From the NCBI GenBank assembly GCA_963798915.1, contig CAWCVB010000010.1, positions 64,001 to 128,000 of the forward strand: a stretch of DNA of 64,000 nt. Reading direction: 5' to 3'. Under the pieces are notes generated by a model. The model searched no databases. It was not told the DNA's origin and saw nothing but the letters and a program-made list of their open reading frames with translations. The stretch is from an uncultured Gemmatimonadales bacterium. Its GTDB lineage: Bacteria > Gemmatimonadota > Gemmatimonadetes > Gemmatimonadales > GWC2-71-9. A program made the translations under genes and the position numbers. This document shows, piece after piece, positions 21,333-33,294 of the stretch (its first letter is position 1; the number at the start of each line of letters is the position of its first letter).

Positions 21333-22035
21333 CGGTGTTTCCCTCCAGTTCCGTCTCGCGCGATCTCGCCAGCAGGCCCAGCCCGTAACGGGTGGTCACG
21401 AAGCCCACGAAGAGAACCAGGTCAACCAGGAACGCAATCAGCAGCGTCTGCAGCATTGAATCCGGCAGCGATGGCGCGCTGGGCTTGAGCACCACCGGCA
21501 TGGGATGAATGGTCCGGAACAGGTAGACGCTGAGATGCACGAACGGCACCAGCAGGCACCCCAGGATCGCCACCACCGCACCATAGCGTGCCCGCTCGTC
21601 CGGATCGGCAATTGCCGCCCGGAGGGAGAGATAGCCGACAAAGAGGAAGAACAGGAACAGCGTAAGGGTGAGCCGCGCATCCCATTGCCACCATGCGCCC
21701 CAGATCGGCTTGGCCCAGAGCGGACCGGTCGTCAGCATCACGATGCTGAACACCACCCCGACCTCCGCCGCTGAGGACGCGAACAGGTCGAGGCGCTCAT
21801 CCCGCAGCCAGAGGTAAAGCGCGCTGGTGATGCCAACGATGGAGAAGACGAGCAGCGACGTCCAGGCCGCGGGAACGTGCAGGTAGAAGATTTTCTGGGC
21901 CAGGCCCTGGCTGACTTCCATGGGCGCATACCGCTGGGCCAGCAGGTAGACGCCCGCCAGCAGCACCAGGCCGATGGTCGTGATGACCCGGCCCCGGCGC
22001 GCGATCGTGAGCCCACGGACTCTCTCGGCGATCAT
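21325..22035 (-). CDS. ccmC: Heme exporter/cytochrome c biogenesis protein CcmC
   Basis: IFYLHVP, TGPLWAKPIWGAWWQWDARLT (WWD motif), RTIHP. Confidence 0.92.
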   Translation of the reverse strand: MIAERVRGLTIARRGRVITTIGLVLLAGVYLLAQRYAPMEVSQGLAQKIFYLHVPAAWTSLLVFSIVGITSALYLWLRDERLDLFASSAAEVGVVFSIVMLTTGPLWAKPIWGAWWQWDARLTLTLFLFFLFVGYLSLRAAIADPDERARYGAVVAILGCLLVPFVHLSVYLFRTIHPMPVVLKPSAPSLPDSMLQTLLIAFLVDLVLFVGFVTTRYGLGLLARSRETELEGNTDA

Positions 22036-22712
22036 TCGTCGGCCACCGCGGGAAAAATGAGAATGGAGACTGTCACGAACACCACGTCGTACACGGCGAG
22101 TAACCTAAGCCAGCCATACACTTCGCTCAACGGACGATCCGCGAAGAGTCGTGCCGTCACCTGCACCGCGCCGATCAGTGGCGGAAGCATGAACGGCAGC
22201 AGCAGCAGCGGCAGCATGAGTTCGGCGAACCGGGTGCGGACCGCCATGGCGCTGAACAAGGTGCCCACCGCGACGAACCCCACCGTGGCAAGCACCGTCA
22301 CCAGCGCGATCGGTCCCAGAATGTGCCAGACCGGGCGGTTGAAGAACACCACGAACAGCGGCAGCGCCACGAGCTCGACGGTAAAGACAAACGCAAGGTT
22401 GGCCAGCAGCTTGCCCGTGAAGATGGCCTCTCGCGCCACCGGAGCCAGCCGAAGCAGGTCGAGGGCCGCGTGCTCCTTCTCCATCCCGAACGCACGGTTC
22501 AGCGTGGTCATCGCCCCGAAGGCGAAGGTGATCCACAGCGCGCTTGGCGCCAGGTCCGCCAGGCCAAGGCGGGTCGGGTCCCGGGCAAAGTTGAACACCA
22601 CCAGCACGAGGGCCGCGAACACCAGTGCCGACGTGAGCGCCGTCCGATTCCGGAACTCGACGCGCATGTCGCGTCCGGCAAGCGCCAGCGCCGCCCGCAG
22701 CGCCTCAACCAC
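22032..22712 (-). CDS. ccmB: Heme exporter protein CcmB
   Basis: RDMRVEFR, LNRAFGMEKE, GKLLAN, LMLPLLLLPF..P; between ccmA and ccmC. Confidence 0.88.
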   Translation of the reverse strand: MVEALRAALALAGRDMRVEFRNRTALTSALVFAALVLVVFNFARDPTRLGLADLAPSALWITFAFGAMTTLNRAFGMEKEHAALDLLRLAPVAREAIFTGKLLANLAFVFTVELVALPLFVVFFNRPVWHILGPIALVTVLATVGFVAVGTLFSAMAVRTRFAELMLPLLLLPFMLPPLIGAVQVTARLFADRPLSEVYGWLRLLAVYDVVFVTVSILIFPAVADE

Positions 22713-23421
22713 TGCGCAGCGGCTCGAGCAGGAGATCCATGGTGGCAGCGCCGGCCGCACTGGGCTCGTCCAGCACGATCCTGCCCGCCCGCAGGCCGAC
22801 GACACGGGTCGCCACCGCCCAGGCTTCGGCGGGCTGGTGCGTCACGATGATCGTGATGCAGCCATCGGCCGCCGACGTGGTGATGAGGTCGCGCAGCGCG
22901 CCGCCGGCCAGCGCATCGAGACCGGTGAACGGTTCATCCAGCAGCAGCAGTCGGGGACCATGCAGCAGGGACCGGGCGATCGCTGCGCGCTGCTGCATGC
23001 CCCGGCTCAGCGCGGGGGGGCGGTCGTGCTGTCGGCCGGAGAGACCGGCGCGACCAATTGCCTCCTGCGCGACATCGCGTGGATGCGAAAGTCCGTGCAG
23101 GCGGGCGGCGAAAGTCAGGTTTTCGAGCAGGGTCAGGTCGTCGTGCAGCCAAGTCTGGTGCGCCACGAAGCCGATCGAACGGCGCGAGGCCGGGTCGCCG
23201 CTGCGCACCTTGCGTCCGTCCAGCAGCACTTGACCGCGGGTCGGGCGGGCCAGACCGGCGAGGCAGCGCAGGAGCGTCGTCTTGCCGGCGCCATTCGGTC
23301 CGACCAGCAGCAGCGTCTCGCCGGCTTCGGCCATAAGCGAAACGCCCGCCAATGCGCGGCGGGCGCCGAATGCACGCTCAAGGTCGGTGGCGGCGAGACG
23401 TGACCCCTCAGAGGGCCGCAT
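22705..23421 (-). CDS. ccmA: Heme ABC exporter ATP-binding protein CcmA
   Basis: GPNGAGKTT, LSRGMQQR, LLLDEPFTGLD. Confidence 0.85.
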   Translation of the reverse strand: MRPSEGSRLAATDLERAFGARRALAGVSLMAEAGETLLLVGPNGAGKTTLLRCLAGLARPTRGQVLLDGRKVRSGDPASRRSIGFVAHQTWLHDDLTLLENLTFAARLHGLSHPRDVAQEAIGRAGLSGRQHDRPPALSRGMQQRAAIARSLLHGPRLLLLDEPFTGLDALAGGALRDLITTSAADGCITIIVTHQPAEAWAVATRVVGLRAGRIVLDEPSAAGAATMDLLLEPLRSG

Positions 23422-23776
23422 CAATGCGGGCGCCGAGCTCGTCGAGGCGGAAGGGCTTTACGATGTAGTCGGTATAGGGAACGTCGAGCAGCTGCAATTG
23501 GGGCTCGATGCTGAGGAACGCGGTCGCAATGATCACGGGCAATTCCGGCTGGGACTGATGGATCTCGCGAAGCAACGCCACACCGTCAGTGTCGGGGAGA
23601 CGCATGTCCAGGACAGCAACATCTGGCGTCTCTTCGGCCAGGCACGCCAGCGCTTCGGCGCCCGAAGTGGCAAACGTCAGATCGTACCGTGAAGAGAAAA
23701 ATCGCTTGTAATGATTACGGAGGGCGGGTTCATCCTCGACGATCAGGATGTGCCGCCGAACCGGACGCTCAGCCAT
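23408..23776 (-). CDS. Single-domain response regulator
   Basis: ILIVEDE, VLDMRLPDTDG, IATA, YIVKPF. Confidence 0.88.
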   Translation of the reverse strand: MAERPVRRHILIVEDEPALRNHYKRFFSSRYDLTFATSGAEALACLAEETPDVAVLDMRLPDTDGVALLREIHQSQPELPVIIATAFLSIEPQLQLLDVPYTDYIVKPFRLDELGARIDAAL

Positions 23777-23929
23777 ATCGGGAACCCGGGACCGGGCATA
23801 TGCTCCACGTTCTGGACGCCGAGCGGATCGCAGCGGCGCCAGCCATCGTGCAACATTAATGGAAAGGATCGGCATCGTCCACCCGTTGTGGGTCGTGGGT
23901 CACGGGTCGTGGGACGTGGGCCTCATGAC

Positions 23930-24244
23930 TCACGTCCGTCCCGGCTCCAGTTCGAAGAGATCGGCCAGCTTGGTCAGGGCCAGGAGAAACCGGAGCTCAT
24001 CGTTAGGATTCCGGAGCACCACCGGCAGCCGTCGCCGGGCAGCATGGCGCTGCGCCAGCATGAGTGCTCCGAGTCCGGCCGAATCCACGGTCCGGGTCCC
24101 GGCAAGTTCAATTACGAGCGGCCCATCCCCCTCCGGAAGCGCATCCAGGGCTTCCACGGCGGCCCGCAGAAATTCGACGCGGGTATCGAGGCCCAGATTG
24201 ACTGGGGCCGTAAGCGCACGCGCTTCCATCTGGCTGGCCTTCAC
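23930..24244 (-). CDS. STAS-domain anti-sigma antagonist
   Basis: LVIELAGTRTVDSAGLGALM, LLALTKLADLF; GGAGGT RBS before GTG 24244. Confidence 0.85.
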   Translation of the reverse strand: MKASQMEARALTAPVNLGLDTRVEFLRAAVEALDALPEGDGPLVIELAGTRTVDSAGLGALMLAQRHAARRRLPVVLRNPNDELRFLLALTKLADLFELEPGRT

Positions 24245-24590
24245 GCTACCTCCCAGGCCCGATGAAAGCATCGCGCTGATCCTGCAAGCGCGGCCGGTCT
24301 GCGTTCGGCACCGAGCTATCCTGCGGCATACTTCCTGTGCCGTCAGGACCTCTGGTTTTGCGGCCCCGGATTACTCCGGGTGTGCTCTTATCGGGCAGAT
24401 CAGATTGTCTGCGTCCGCAAGTGCGGGCGCACCGACCCTGAAGGCGAGACCAGTGCCAGCATCGTAATCTATTGACAGGCAAGGGATTGCAAGCGGTCCA
24501 TGCGAGAAGTTGCAGATCGCTCCGCCGCAGCGTGCGGCAGGAATTGGAGATTCGCACTAGTTTCCCTGCTTCCTCACCCCGACGCCGATC

Positions 24591-26537
<1,947 letters not shown>

Positions 26538-26545
26538 GGGGCCGC

Positions 26546-28492
26546 CTAGATCTGGATTTGCGCCCCCAGCTCGACCACCCGATTGGGCGGCAGCCCGAAG
26601 AAGGCCGTCGCCGAGCGGGCATTCCGCGTCATGACCACGAAGAGCCGCTTCCGCCAGTAGGTCATCCAGCGATCGCCGGCCGCGCCGCTGGCCCCGTGGC
26701 GGAAATGCGTGGCGATCAGCGTCTCCCGCCCAAGAAAGAACGAGGTCTGCATGATGCTGACCAGCCCCGGTGAGCCCTTGATGTCGCCGTCATCAAGCCG
26801 TCGGAGGACGGCCGGCACATTGGGCGTTTCCATGAAGCCGGTGCGCACAATAACCTGGAAGAAGCCTGCGCCGAGATCCCGGCTCTCGATGCGGTCGCGC
26901 TCGTAGACCGTCGGTACTTCCTCGGTGATGACGGACATGAGAATGACGCGCTCGTGCAGCACCTTGTTGTGCTTCAGGTGGTGCAGCAGCACCGGCGGCG
27001 CCACACCGGTGGCGCTGGTCATGAAGACCGCGATCCCGGGCACACGGGCGGGCTTGCGCCGCTCGATGTCCTGCAGGAAGAGCGAGAGCGGGAGGCTGTT
27101 CTGCTGCACGATGTCGCCCAGCTTGTCCCGGCCGCGTTTCCAGGTAGTCATCAGGGTATAGACCGCAGCCGCAACGGCCAGCGGGAACCAGCCACCTTCC
27201 TCGATCTTCACAATGTTTGCCGAGAAGAAGGCAACGTCCACGACCAGGAACAGCCCGGTCAGCAGCCCCGCATTGAGGCGGCTCCAGTGCCAGCGGTCCC
27301 GCGCCACCCGATGAAACAGCAGGGTGGTGATGATCATGGTGCCGGTCACGGCAATGCCGTATGCCGCGGCCAGATTGGACGTGTTCCGGAAGCCGAGCAC
27401 CAGGAGGATGCAGGCCACGCCCAGGGCCGAGTTGACTTCGGGAATGTAGATCTGGCCAACCTCGGTATGCGAGGTGTGCACAATCGTGACCCGGGGACTG
27501 TAGCCGAGTTGCACGGCCTGCCGCGTGAGCGAGAAGGCGCCCGAGATGAGCGCCTGCGATGCGACGATCGCGGCGAACGTCGCGATGACAATCATGGGGT
27601 ACTGGAACCAGCCCGGCACCAGTTCGTAGAACGGGTTGACCGCCAGTGCCGGGGTTTCCAGCAGCATGCCCGCCTGGCCGAAGTAGTTGAGCAGCAGCGC
27701 CGGCAGCGCGAGGCCGAACCACGCCACCCGGATGGGGCGCTTGCCGAAGTGACCCATGTCGGCGTACAGCGCCTCACCACCGGTGACGACGAGCACCACC
27801 GCGCCAAGGATCAGGAAGCCCGCGAGGCGGTCCCGAATGAACAGGTCAATGGCGGCCCACGGGTTGAGGGCGGCCAGCACGCCCGGGTGCATGGCGATGC
27901 CGCGCACGCCGAGGCACGCGATCGACACGAACCAGACGATCATGACCGGGCCGAAGAAGCGTCCGATCCGCGCCGTCCCGTGGCGCTGGAACCAGAACAG
28001 AGCTCCCAGAATCATGGCGGCAATCGGGATGACCAGGTGCTGGAGCGCTGGCGCCTTGACCCGCAGGCCTTCCACCGCCCCCAGCACCGAGATCGCGGGC
28101 GTGATGACGCCGTCACCGTAGAGCAACGCGGCGCCGAACAGGCCGATGCTGATCAGCACCCAGTGCCCCTTGCCCCGTCCGCCACGCGGGCGCACCAGTG
28201 CCAGCAGGGCAAGGATGCCACCCTCGCCCCGGTTGTCGGCCCGCATGACAAATCCGATGTACTTGAACGAGATGACGAAGGCGAGCGACCAGAACACCAA
28301 TGAGAGCACGCCGAGGATGTTGTCGGGCGTCGGCGGAATGCTGTGATGTCCGGTGAACGCTTCCTGCAGCGCGTACAATGGACTGGTCCCGATATCCCCG
28401 TACACGACGCCGAGCGCCCCGAGCGAAAGTCCGGCCAGGGCCTTGCCGGTAGGATGCTCCTTCTCGTGAGCGTGACTGACGGAGTGGCTCAC
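26546..28492 (-). CDS. kup: KUP/HAK/KT potassium transporter
   Basis: LGVVYGDIGTSPLYA, DNRGEGG, YGDGVITPAISV, EALYADMGHF, RVVELG. Confidence 0.95.
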   Translation of the reverse strand: MSHSVSHAHEKEHPTGKALAGLSLGALGVVYGDIGTSPLYALQEAFTGHHSIPPTPDNILGVLSLVFWSLAFVISFKYIGFVMRADNRGEGGILALLALVRPRGGRGKGHWVLISIGLFGAALLYGDGVITPAISVLGAVEGLRVKAPALQHLVIPIAAMILGALFWFQRHGTARIGRFFGPVMIVWFVSIACLGVRGIAMHPGVLAALNPWAAIDLFIRDRLAGFLILGAVVLVVTGGEALYADMGHFGKRPIRVAWFGLALPALLLNYFGQAGMLLETPALAVNPFYELVPGWFQYPMIVIATFAAIVASQALISGAFSLTRQAVQLGYSPRVTIVHTSHTEVGQIYIPEVNSALGVACILLVLGFRNTSNLAAAYGIAVTGTMIITTLLFHRVARDRWHWSRLNAGLLTGLFLVVDVAFFSANIVKIEEGGWFPLAVAAAVYTLMTTWKRGRDKLGDIVQQNSLPLSLFLQDIERRKPARVPGIAVFMTSATGVAPPVLLHHLKHNKVLHERVILMSVITEEVPTVYERDRIESRDLGAGFFQVIVRTGFMETPNVPAVLRRLDDGDIKGSPGLVSIMQTSFFLGRETLIATHFRHGASGAAGDRWMTYWRKRLFVVMTRNARSATAFFGLPPNRVVELGAQIQI

Positions 28493-28920
28493 GCCCGAGC
28501 GCCTGCCAGACGTCGCAAGTCCAGGATGGACACCAGGAAGATGAGAGTGATGAGCACCGCAGAGCCCACGCACCACCGGCAGATGGCGTGGATGACAAAG
28601 AGTTCGAGCGCCGTCAGGTAGAGGGCAAACAGAGTGCCCGCTCCGGAGAGCCCGGCCAGCCAGCGACTCGGCCAGCGCGCGAACTCGAGCGCCGGGCGGG
28701 CGGCCGCGAGGGCCAGCGCCAGCAGCACCAGATAGCCCAGCAGGCCGATGAGTGAGACCTCGACGCCAAGAAACCGGCTCCATGGTGACAGCTGCACCGT
28801 CTCGCAACTCCCGGTACCGCAGACCATGGTGCCAATCCGGCCGATCTTGTACAGATAGAGGTAGGCGGCCAGGAAGACACCCCCGAGCGCCAGCACGGCC
28901 GCAGCCATGCGATACTTCAT
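28489..28920 (-). CDS. Vitamin K epoxide reductase (VKOR) family protein
   Basis: CGTGSCETVQLSPWS, AICRWC. Confidence 0.9.
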   Translation of the reverse strand: MKYRMAAAVLALGGVFLAAYLYLYKIGRIGTMVCGTGSCETVQLSPWSRFLGVEVSLIGLLGYLVLLALALAAARPALEFARWPSRWLAGLSGAGTLFALYLTALELFVIHAICRWCVGSAVLITLIFLVSILDLRRLAGARA

Positions 28921-29600
28921 TGTGCGGACTTGGCCGCAGTCAGCGAATCCACCAGCTGCTTGAGCTGGTCATAGCTCATCGCGTTGTAGAGGCGGCCTCC
29001 GATGAGAAAGGTGGGCGTGCCGTTCACGCCCAGCGCCACTCCCTCCTGATAGCTCGCCTCGATCCGCCCGGCGAAGCGGGCCGAGGTCATGCAGGCGTCA
29101 TACTTGTCCACGTCGAGCCCGATGATATCAGCATACTTCCGGAACTGCTTTTCGGCCCCGCCGCCCGACCAGTCGGTCTGGCCCTCGTACAGGAGCGTGT
29201 GCATGGGCCAGAACTTGCCTTGCTCATTGGCGCAGGCCGCGGCATGATCGGCCAGGCGCGCGAACGGATGAATGCTCGAGAGCGGAAAGTCGCGATACCG
29301 CCAGCGGACCTTGCCGGTCTGGATCAGTCGCGCGCGGACGTCTGGAAAGGTCACGATGTCGTAATTGGCGCAGCCGGGGCACTGGTAATCGGCGTATTGC
29401 GTGATCTCGACCGGCGCCGAGTCGGAGCCCAGCAGGTAGCCCCGGAATCCGGCTGTGTCCGACGGGAGCACCACCACGTTTGCCGGGATGCTGGTTGTTG
29501 ATCGCCTGGACATCTGCCAGCCGAGAAAGCCGAGACCGATGACCCCCACCGCGCCGATCGTAAGATAGAAGCCCTTCATTCCGTTGGGCGCTGCCGCCAT
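28917..29600 (-). CDS. DsbA family thiol-disulfide oxidoreductase
   Basis: YADYQCPGC, RDFPL, GVNGTPTF. Confidence 0.9.
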   Translation of the reverse strand: MAAAPNGMKGFYLTIGAVGVIGLGFLGWQMSRRSTTSIPANVVVLPSDTAGFRGYLLGSDSAPVEITQYADYQCPGCANYDIVTFPDVRARLIQTGKVRWRYRDFPLSSIHPFARLADHAAACANEQGKFWPMHTLLYEGQTDWSGGGAEKQFRKYADIIGLDVDKYDACMTSARFAGRIEASYQEGVALGVNGTPTFLIGGRLYNAMSYDQLKQLVDSLTAAKSAQ

Positions 29601-29881
29601 GGTTCGTCATCCTCCGGCTCATCAGTGAGAAAATCCGGCTCTCGGGTCGCTTCATCGACGATCCGACGATTGTCCGCCGTCTCGGGCGTGTCGTAGGTCT
29701 GCCGCACTTCGTAATGAAACAACTCGCTGCGGAGCTCGCCCATCAATCGGAGCAATTCGGGAACTGCCGCGAGCAGTTGATCGTTCTTCTCAAGTTCGGT
29801 AATGCGTCCCGACAGCCGCCGCAGCAGTTCCTTCAGTCGTTCGGCCCGGTCCTTGCCATAGATTTCGTCGTGTTCGGTCAT
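29576..29881 (-). CDS. Hypothetical helical protein
   Basis: MTEHDEIYGKDRAERLKELL...; overlaps DsbA start; coding-like composition. Confidence 0.6.
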   Translation of the reverse strand: MTEHDEIYGKDRAERLKELLRRLSGRITELEKNDQLLAAVPELLRLMGELRSELFHYEVRQTYDTPETADNRRIVDEATREPDFLTDEPEDDEPWRQRPTE

Positions 29882-30016
29882 GGGATCTACCGCCTGATGG
29901 GCACCAAATGTAACCGAACCGGGCAGAAATCGCCGTTTCCCACTCGTTTGCACCAAAAGGTGCAACCTCACTATATTGCGGCCTCGAATCATCAGTCTCA
30001 AAGAAAAGGAAGGTGC

Positions 30017-30283
30017 ATGAGCAAGAAGACGAATCGACGTGCAATGCCCTCGGCGTCCCCCTCGGTGTTCGAGCAGGCCCGGGACGAGTTATTCAGCCAT
30101 ATCCTCCGCTGCGGCGTCATCGACGCGCTGCCGGAGCACCAGAAGGACTGGTTCGACGATACCATGGGGTATCTGACCGACCGGTACGAGGAGCTGACCG
30201 CCGAGGAATTGAACCAGCTGCGTGTGCTGGGTGAGCGCTACTGCCAGCCGGTGCGCCGGGCCGAGCCCGTCGGCACCGCCTGA
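30017..30283 (+). CDS. Small hypothetical protein
   Basis: AGGAAGG RBS; MSKKTNRR...FEQARDELFSHILRCGV...; followed by strong hairpin. Confidence 0.7.
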   Translation: MSKKTNRRAMPSASPSVFEQARDELFSHILRCGVIDALPEHQKDWFDDTMGYLTDRYEELTAEELNQLRVLGERYCQPVRRAEPVGTA

Positions 30284-30303
30284 CACTCGCCACGATCGTC
30301 GAA

Positions 30304-30351
30304 GGCCGGTGAAGCCGGGGCGCGACCCGTTGCGCCCCGGCTTCACCGGCC
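30304..30351. terminator. 20-bp perfect-stem hairpin between convergent genes
   Basis: GGCCGGTGAAGCCGGGGCGC-8nt-GCGCCCCGGCTTCACCGGCC. Confidence 0.75.
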
Positions 30352-30354
30352 GCT

Positions 30355-30795
30355 TCATTTCCGGCCCGGAAACCATCGCGTCCGCCATCCCACGGCAAGG
30401 CGCACGCCTCCGCCCAGTCCCGCCTCCACTATCCAGCCGTGCGAGGCCCCCGGATTGGTCTCTGCCCCCACGATCAGTTCCAGATAACCGCGCGTGGCGT
30501 TCTGCTGCTCCACCGCCAGGCCACCGCCGCCATACATCCCCACGCCATGCAGCAGCCCCGGGTTGAGCAGAAAGTGTCCGGTCAGCTCCGCACGAGCGCC
30601 GACACCTCCGGCCCGTCCACCGAGCGCGGCGGCCAGGTTCACGCGAGTTCGATGGGTGACGCGCAGCGCACCAACAATGGCGCCACCGACCAGCGACGAG
30701 TCGCGAAGCAGCGCGAGCGTCTCGATCCCGAACTCCCGCGGCGCCTGCGCGGAAAGCATCGCGGGGAGCATGAGCAGGGTAAGCCAGGGAATCAC
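30355..30795 (-). CDS. Small exported protein, possible beta-barrel
   Basis: Signal-like VIPWLTLLMLPAMLSAQ; alternating strands (YGGGGLAV, WIVEAGLGGGVRLAVGW); start uncertain. Confidence 0.55.
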   Translation of the reverse strand: MIPWLTLLMLPAMLSAQAPREFGIETLALLRDSSLVGGAIVGALRVTHRTRVNLAAALGGRAGGVGARAELTGHFLLNPGLLHGVGMYGGGGLAVEQQNATRGYLELIVGAETNPGASHGWIVEAGLGGGVRLAVGWRTRWFPGRK

Positions 30796-30864
30796 GAAGA
30801 GACGAAGAACACGAAAGCACGAACGGTGGCCAATTCGTGTTTTCGTGCCCTTCGTGTATCCGTG
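30793..30864. repeat. Inverted 8-9-bp periodic array (CACGAA..)x4 / (..TTCGTG)x4
   Basis: cacgaagagacgaagaacacgaaagcacgaa ... ttcgtgttttcgtgcccttcgtgtatccgtg. Confidence 0.7.
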
Positions 30865-30865
30865 C

Positions 30866-31273
30866 CTACACCAGCTGGATTTCATGCGTCACGGCGATGT
30901 CCGGCGCGAGCGATGCCAGCACGGAACAATATTTTTCGACGGAGAGATTGACCGCGCGTTCAGCCTTGAGCATGTCCAGCCCCTCGCCGGCGATCTCGAA
31001 GACGTAGTGCATTTTTTCGAATCGGCGCGGCTCGCGTTCGCGGCGTTCCCCGTGGGCGAGCACCCGCAGCGACGTGAGCGTCACGCGCATTTTCTCCAGG
31101 ATCAGCACGACATCGGTCGCGGCACACGCGGCACCGGCAAGCAACAGTGCCACCACGGGGCTGGGTGCCTCCTTGGCGTTGCCATCCAGCAGGATGGTCG
31201 GACGGTCAGGGGCGCCGCCGCGGAAGCGCAGCTCCCCTTCCCAGGCGATTTCAGCATCGCGTGTCAGGCTCAT
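30866..31273 (-). CDS. OsmC family protein
   Basis: SPVVALLLAGAACAATDVVLILEK, LSVEKYCSV. Confidence 0.88.
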   Translation of the reverse strand: MSLTRDAEIAWEGELRFRGGAPDRPTILLDGNAKEAPSPVVALLLAGAACAATDVVLILEKMRVTLTSLRVLAHGERREREPRRFEKMHYVFEIAGEGLDMLKAERAVNLSVEKYCSVLASLAPDIAVTHEIQLV

Positions 31274-31295
31274 TGTCGGTTTCCCTGTGACAGGA

Positions 31296-31853
31296 TCAGT
31301 GCCCAAGCGGGTGGCGCGCGCTGGGGGCAGCACGCTGGTAGTCCCAGATGGCGTAGAGCGCTACGGCCGTCGTGGCCCAGGCCATCGGCCTCAGGTAGCT
31401 CGAGTTCAGCAGAAAGGCGAGCAGCGTGAGGACCTGCGCCACGGTCACCGCCTTGCCCCCGGCGCGAGCGGGAATCGCCGCCGGCCGGCCACCGGCCATG
31501 GTCATGACGAAGGCCACGGCCGCTACGATATCGCGCAGCAGGACACCGCCAATCTCGAACGGTTCCAGCCGGCCGGAGAGCGCCACCACGGCGAAGGCGC
31601 ATCCCATGAACAGCTTGTCGGCGAGCGGGTCGATAAATGTCCCGAAACGCGAGGCTCCGAAGCGCCGCGCGATGAAGCCATCAAGCAAGTCACTGGCAGC
31701 GGCACCCGCCAGAATGACCAGCCGCACTGCCTGACTGGGCACCAGCAGAAAGCCCAGCGCCATGGGAATCCGGAGGATACTGAGGATGTCCGCCACAGTG
31801 ATGCGACGCTCTTGCTCGCCCTTCCGGGCCGGACTAGCTTCTGCCAACTTCAC
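31296..31853 (-). CDS. CDP-alcohol phosphatidyltransferase family protein
   Basis: SDLLDGFIARR.GASRFGTFIDPLADK. Confidence 0.88.
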   Translation of the reverse strand: MKLAEASPARKGEQERRITVADILSILRIPMALGFLLVPSQAVRLVILAGAAASDLLDGFIARRFGASRFGTFIDPLADKLFMGCAFAVVALSGRLEPFEIGGVLLRDIVAAVAFVMTMAGGRPAAIPARAGGKAVTVAQVLTLLAFLLNSSYLRPMAWATTAVALYAIWDYQRAAPSARHPLGH

Positions 31854-31946
31854 CCTCGCGGGTCATGGAACGTCGCTCATGACGACCTGTCGTGAGCGTG
31901 CCGAGCGACAACGATACCCGTGTCCGGAAGTACTCTTCAAGGCGGG

Positions 31947-32264
31947 ATGCGCGCCGTGGCCTGGACACAGCATTTTGGCGAACTGAACGACCTGCCGCCC
32001 CTGCGGCTCGGCGACGCAGACGCGCTCGGCGCGGTGCTTGTCGCCGCAGCCGGCGCCATGGGCATCTCTCCGCTGGGTGCGCCGGTGGTCCGGGCGGGCG
32101 GCGAGAACTGGGTCGGCGCGCTGGTCTGCACCGATGCGCACATCATCCTGCACGCGCTGCCCAATGACCGCCGCTGCATCGTCAGCATCGTGGGACGTGA
32201 CGCCGCCATGGTGACCCGTGGCCTTGAGGTCATCAGCCGCCGGCTGACGACCGCCGCCCCGTAA
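31947..32264 (+). CDS. S-adenosylmethionine decarboxylase-like protein (degenerate cleavage site)
   Basis: L.DADAL..VLVAAA.AMG.S.L...V...G.NWVGALVCTDAHIILHALP resembles the SpeD/SpeH fold; ESH is replaced by DAH. Confidence 0.5.
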   Translation: MRAVAWTQHFGELNDLPPLRLGDADALGAVLVAAAGAMGISPLGAPVVRAGGENWVGALVCTDAHIILHALPNDRRCIVSIVGRDAAMVTRGLEVISRRLTTAAP

Positions 32265-33294
32265 GCTCCCATACCACCGCCCGGACCAGCCCGCGCGCGG
32301 CCAGCAGCAGCGGCGAGCCTCCCGAGAATGCCCCGGCAATTGCATAGAGCATGGCTGGCGGAAACGGCGCCTCCCCGGCGATGGCATAGACCGGGTCCCA
32401 CCGACCCGGCCGAAGCCGCGCCTTGAAGCGGTCGAGTCCGGCAAAGTTATAGAACCGTCGGCCATGCAGTCGGACCCATCCGAGCGCAAAGCGAAGCCAC
32501 AAGGGTTCGTGGCCTTCCACTCCTGCCGGAACATGGGCCGACAACGGTGCCAGACCCAGCGTGACAAACTCCGAATCCTCGCTCGCAAATGCCCGCATGG
32601 CGGCATCCACCAGTCGATCGGTCGTGCCATTGACCGCCCCGCTACCCCGAACGAACTGCTCCACCAGCCATCCACGTCGCGCGGGCACCGGCGAGGCAAT
32701 AAGAAAGGCGATCATGCGTTGCGACCGCCGCGCCACGAAGACCCGGCGACCCGCGAGGCGCGAAAGCGTCTCGGGCTCGACCAGAAAGTGCAATGGCGGC
32801 AGGCCCCGCGTGGCGAGCCACTCGGTCAGGCAGCGCCGGAGTTCCGGATGCGCTTCGGCCAGCGCCACCGGCCATTCCTCCACCACCACGCCCTTGTTGC
32901 GCGCGCGATTGAGCTGTGCTCGTACCGACGCGTGCGACCGGCAGATCTCCCCCCAGCGCCGGGGATCCCAGACGGGCTGAGCACCAAGCACGGCCATCGC
33001 ATGACTTGGCGAGTCGCGATAAAGTGACTCGAGCCTGGCCTCGGCACCGAAATAGCAGACCCGCAAGCCCGCCTCGCGCGTGGCCTGCTCAAATTCCGCC
33101 GCCACACTTGCCAGCCGGAGCAGTGGCGCCACCGGCGACCCGGCCACCACGCGTACCCCCGCCGCCTCGACGTACCCGACGACAGCATCACCCGATGCGC
33201 TGAACCAGTGGCTGATACCCGGATTCACGATCTGATACGCCGTGGCATTCCAGCCATGCTCGAGTACCAGGGCGCGAGCACGCTCGAGAGTCAT
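32233..33294 (-). CDS. DUF2156 / MprF C-terminal-like aminoacyltransferase domain protein
   Basis: [52 protein letters not shown]. Confidence 0.8.
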   Translation of the reverse strand: MTLERARALVLEHGWNATAYQIVNPGISHWFSASGDAVVGYVEAAGVRVVAGSPVAPLLRLASVAAEFEQATREAGLRVCYFGAEARLESLYRDSPSHAMAVLGAQPVWDPRRWGEICRSHASVRAQLNRARNKGVVVEEWPVALAEAHPELRRCLTEWLATRGLPPLHFLVEPETLSRLAGRRVFVARRSQRMIAFLIASPVPARRGWLVEQFVRGSGAVNGTTDRLVDAAMRAFASEDSEFVTLGLAPLSAHVPAGVEGHEPLWLRFALGWVRLHGRRFYNFAGLDRFKARLRPGRWDPVYAIAGEAPFPPAMLYAIAGAFSGGSPLLLAARGLVRAVVWELTGRRSSAGG

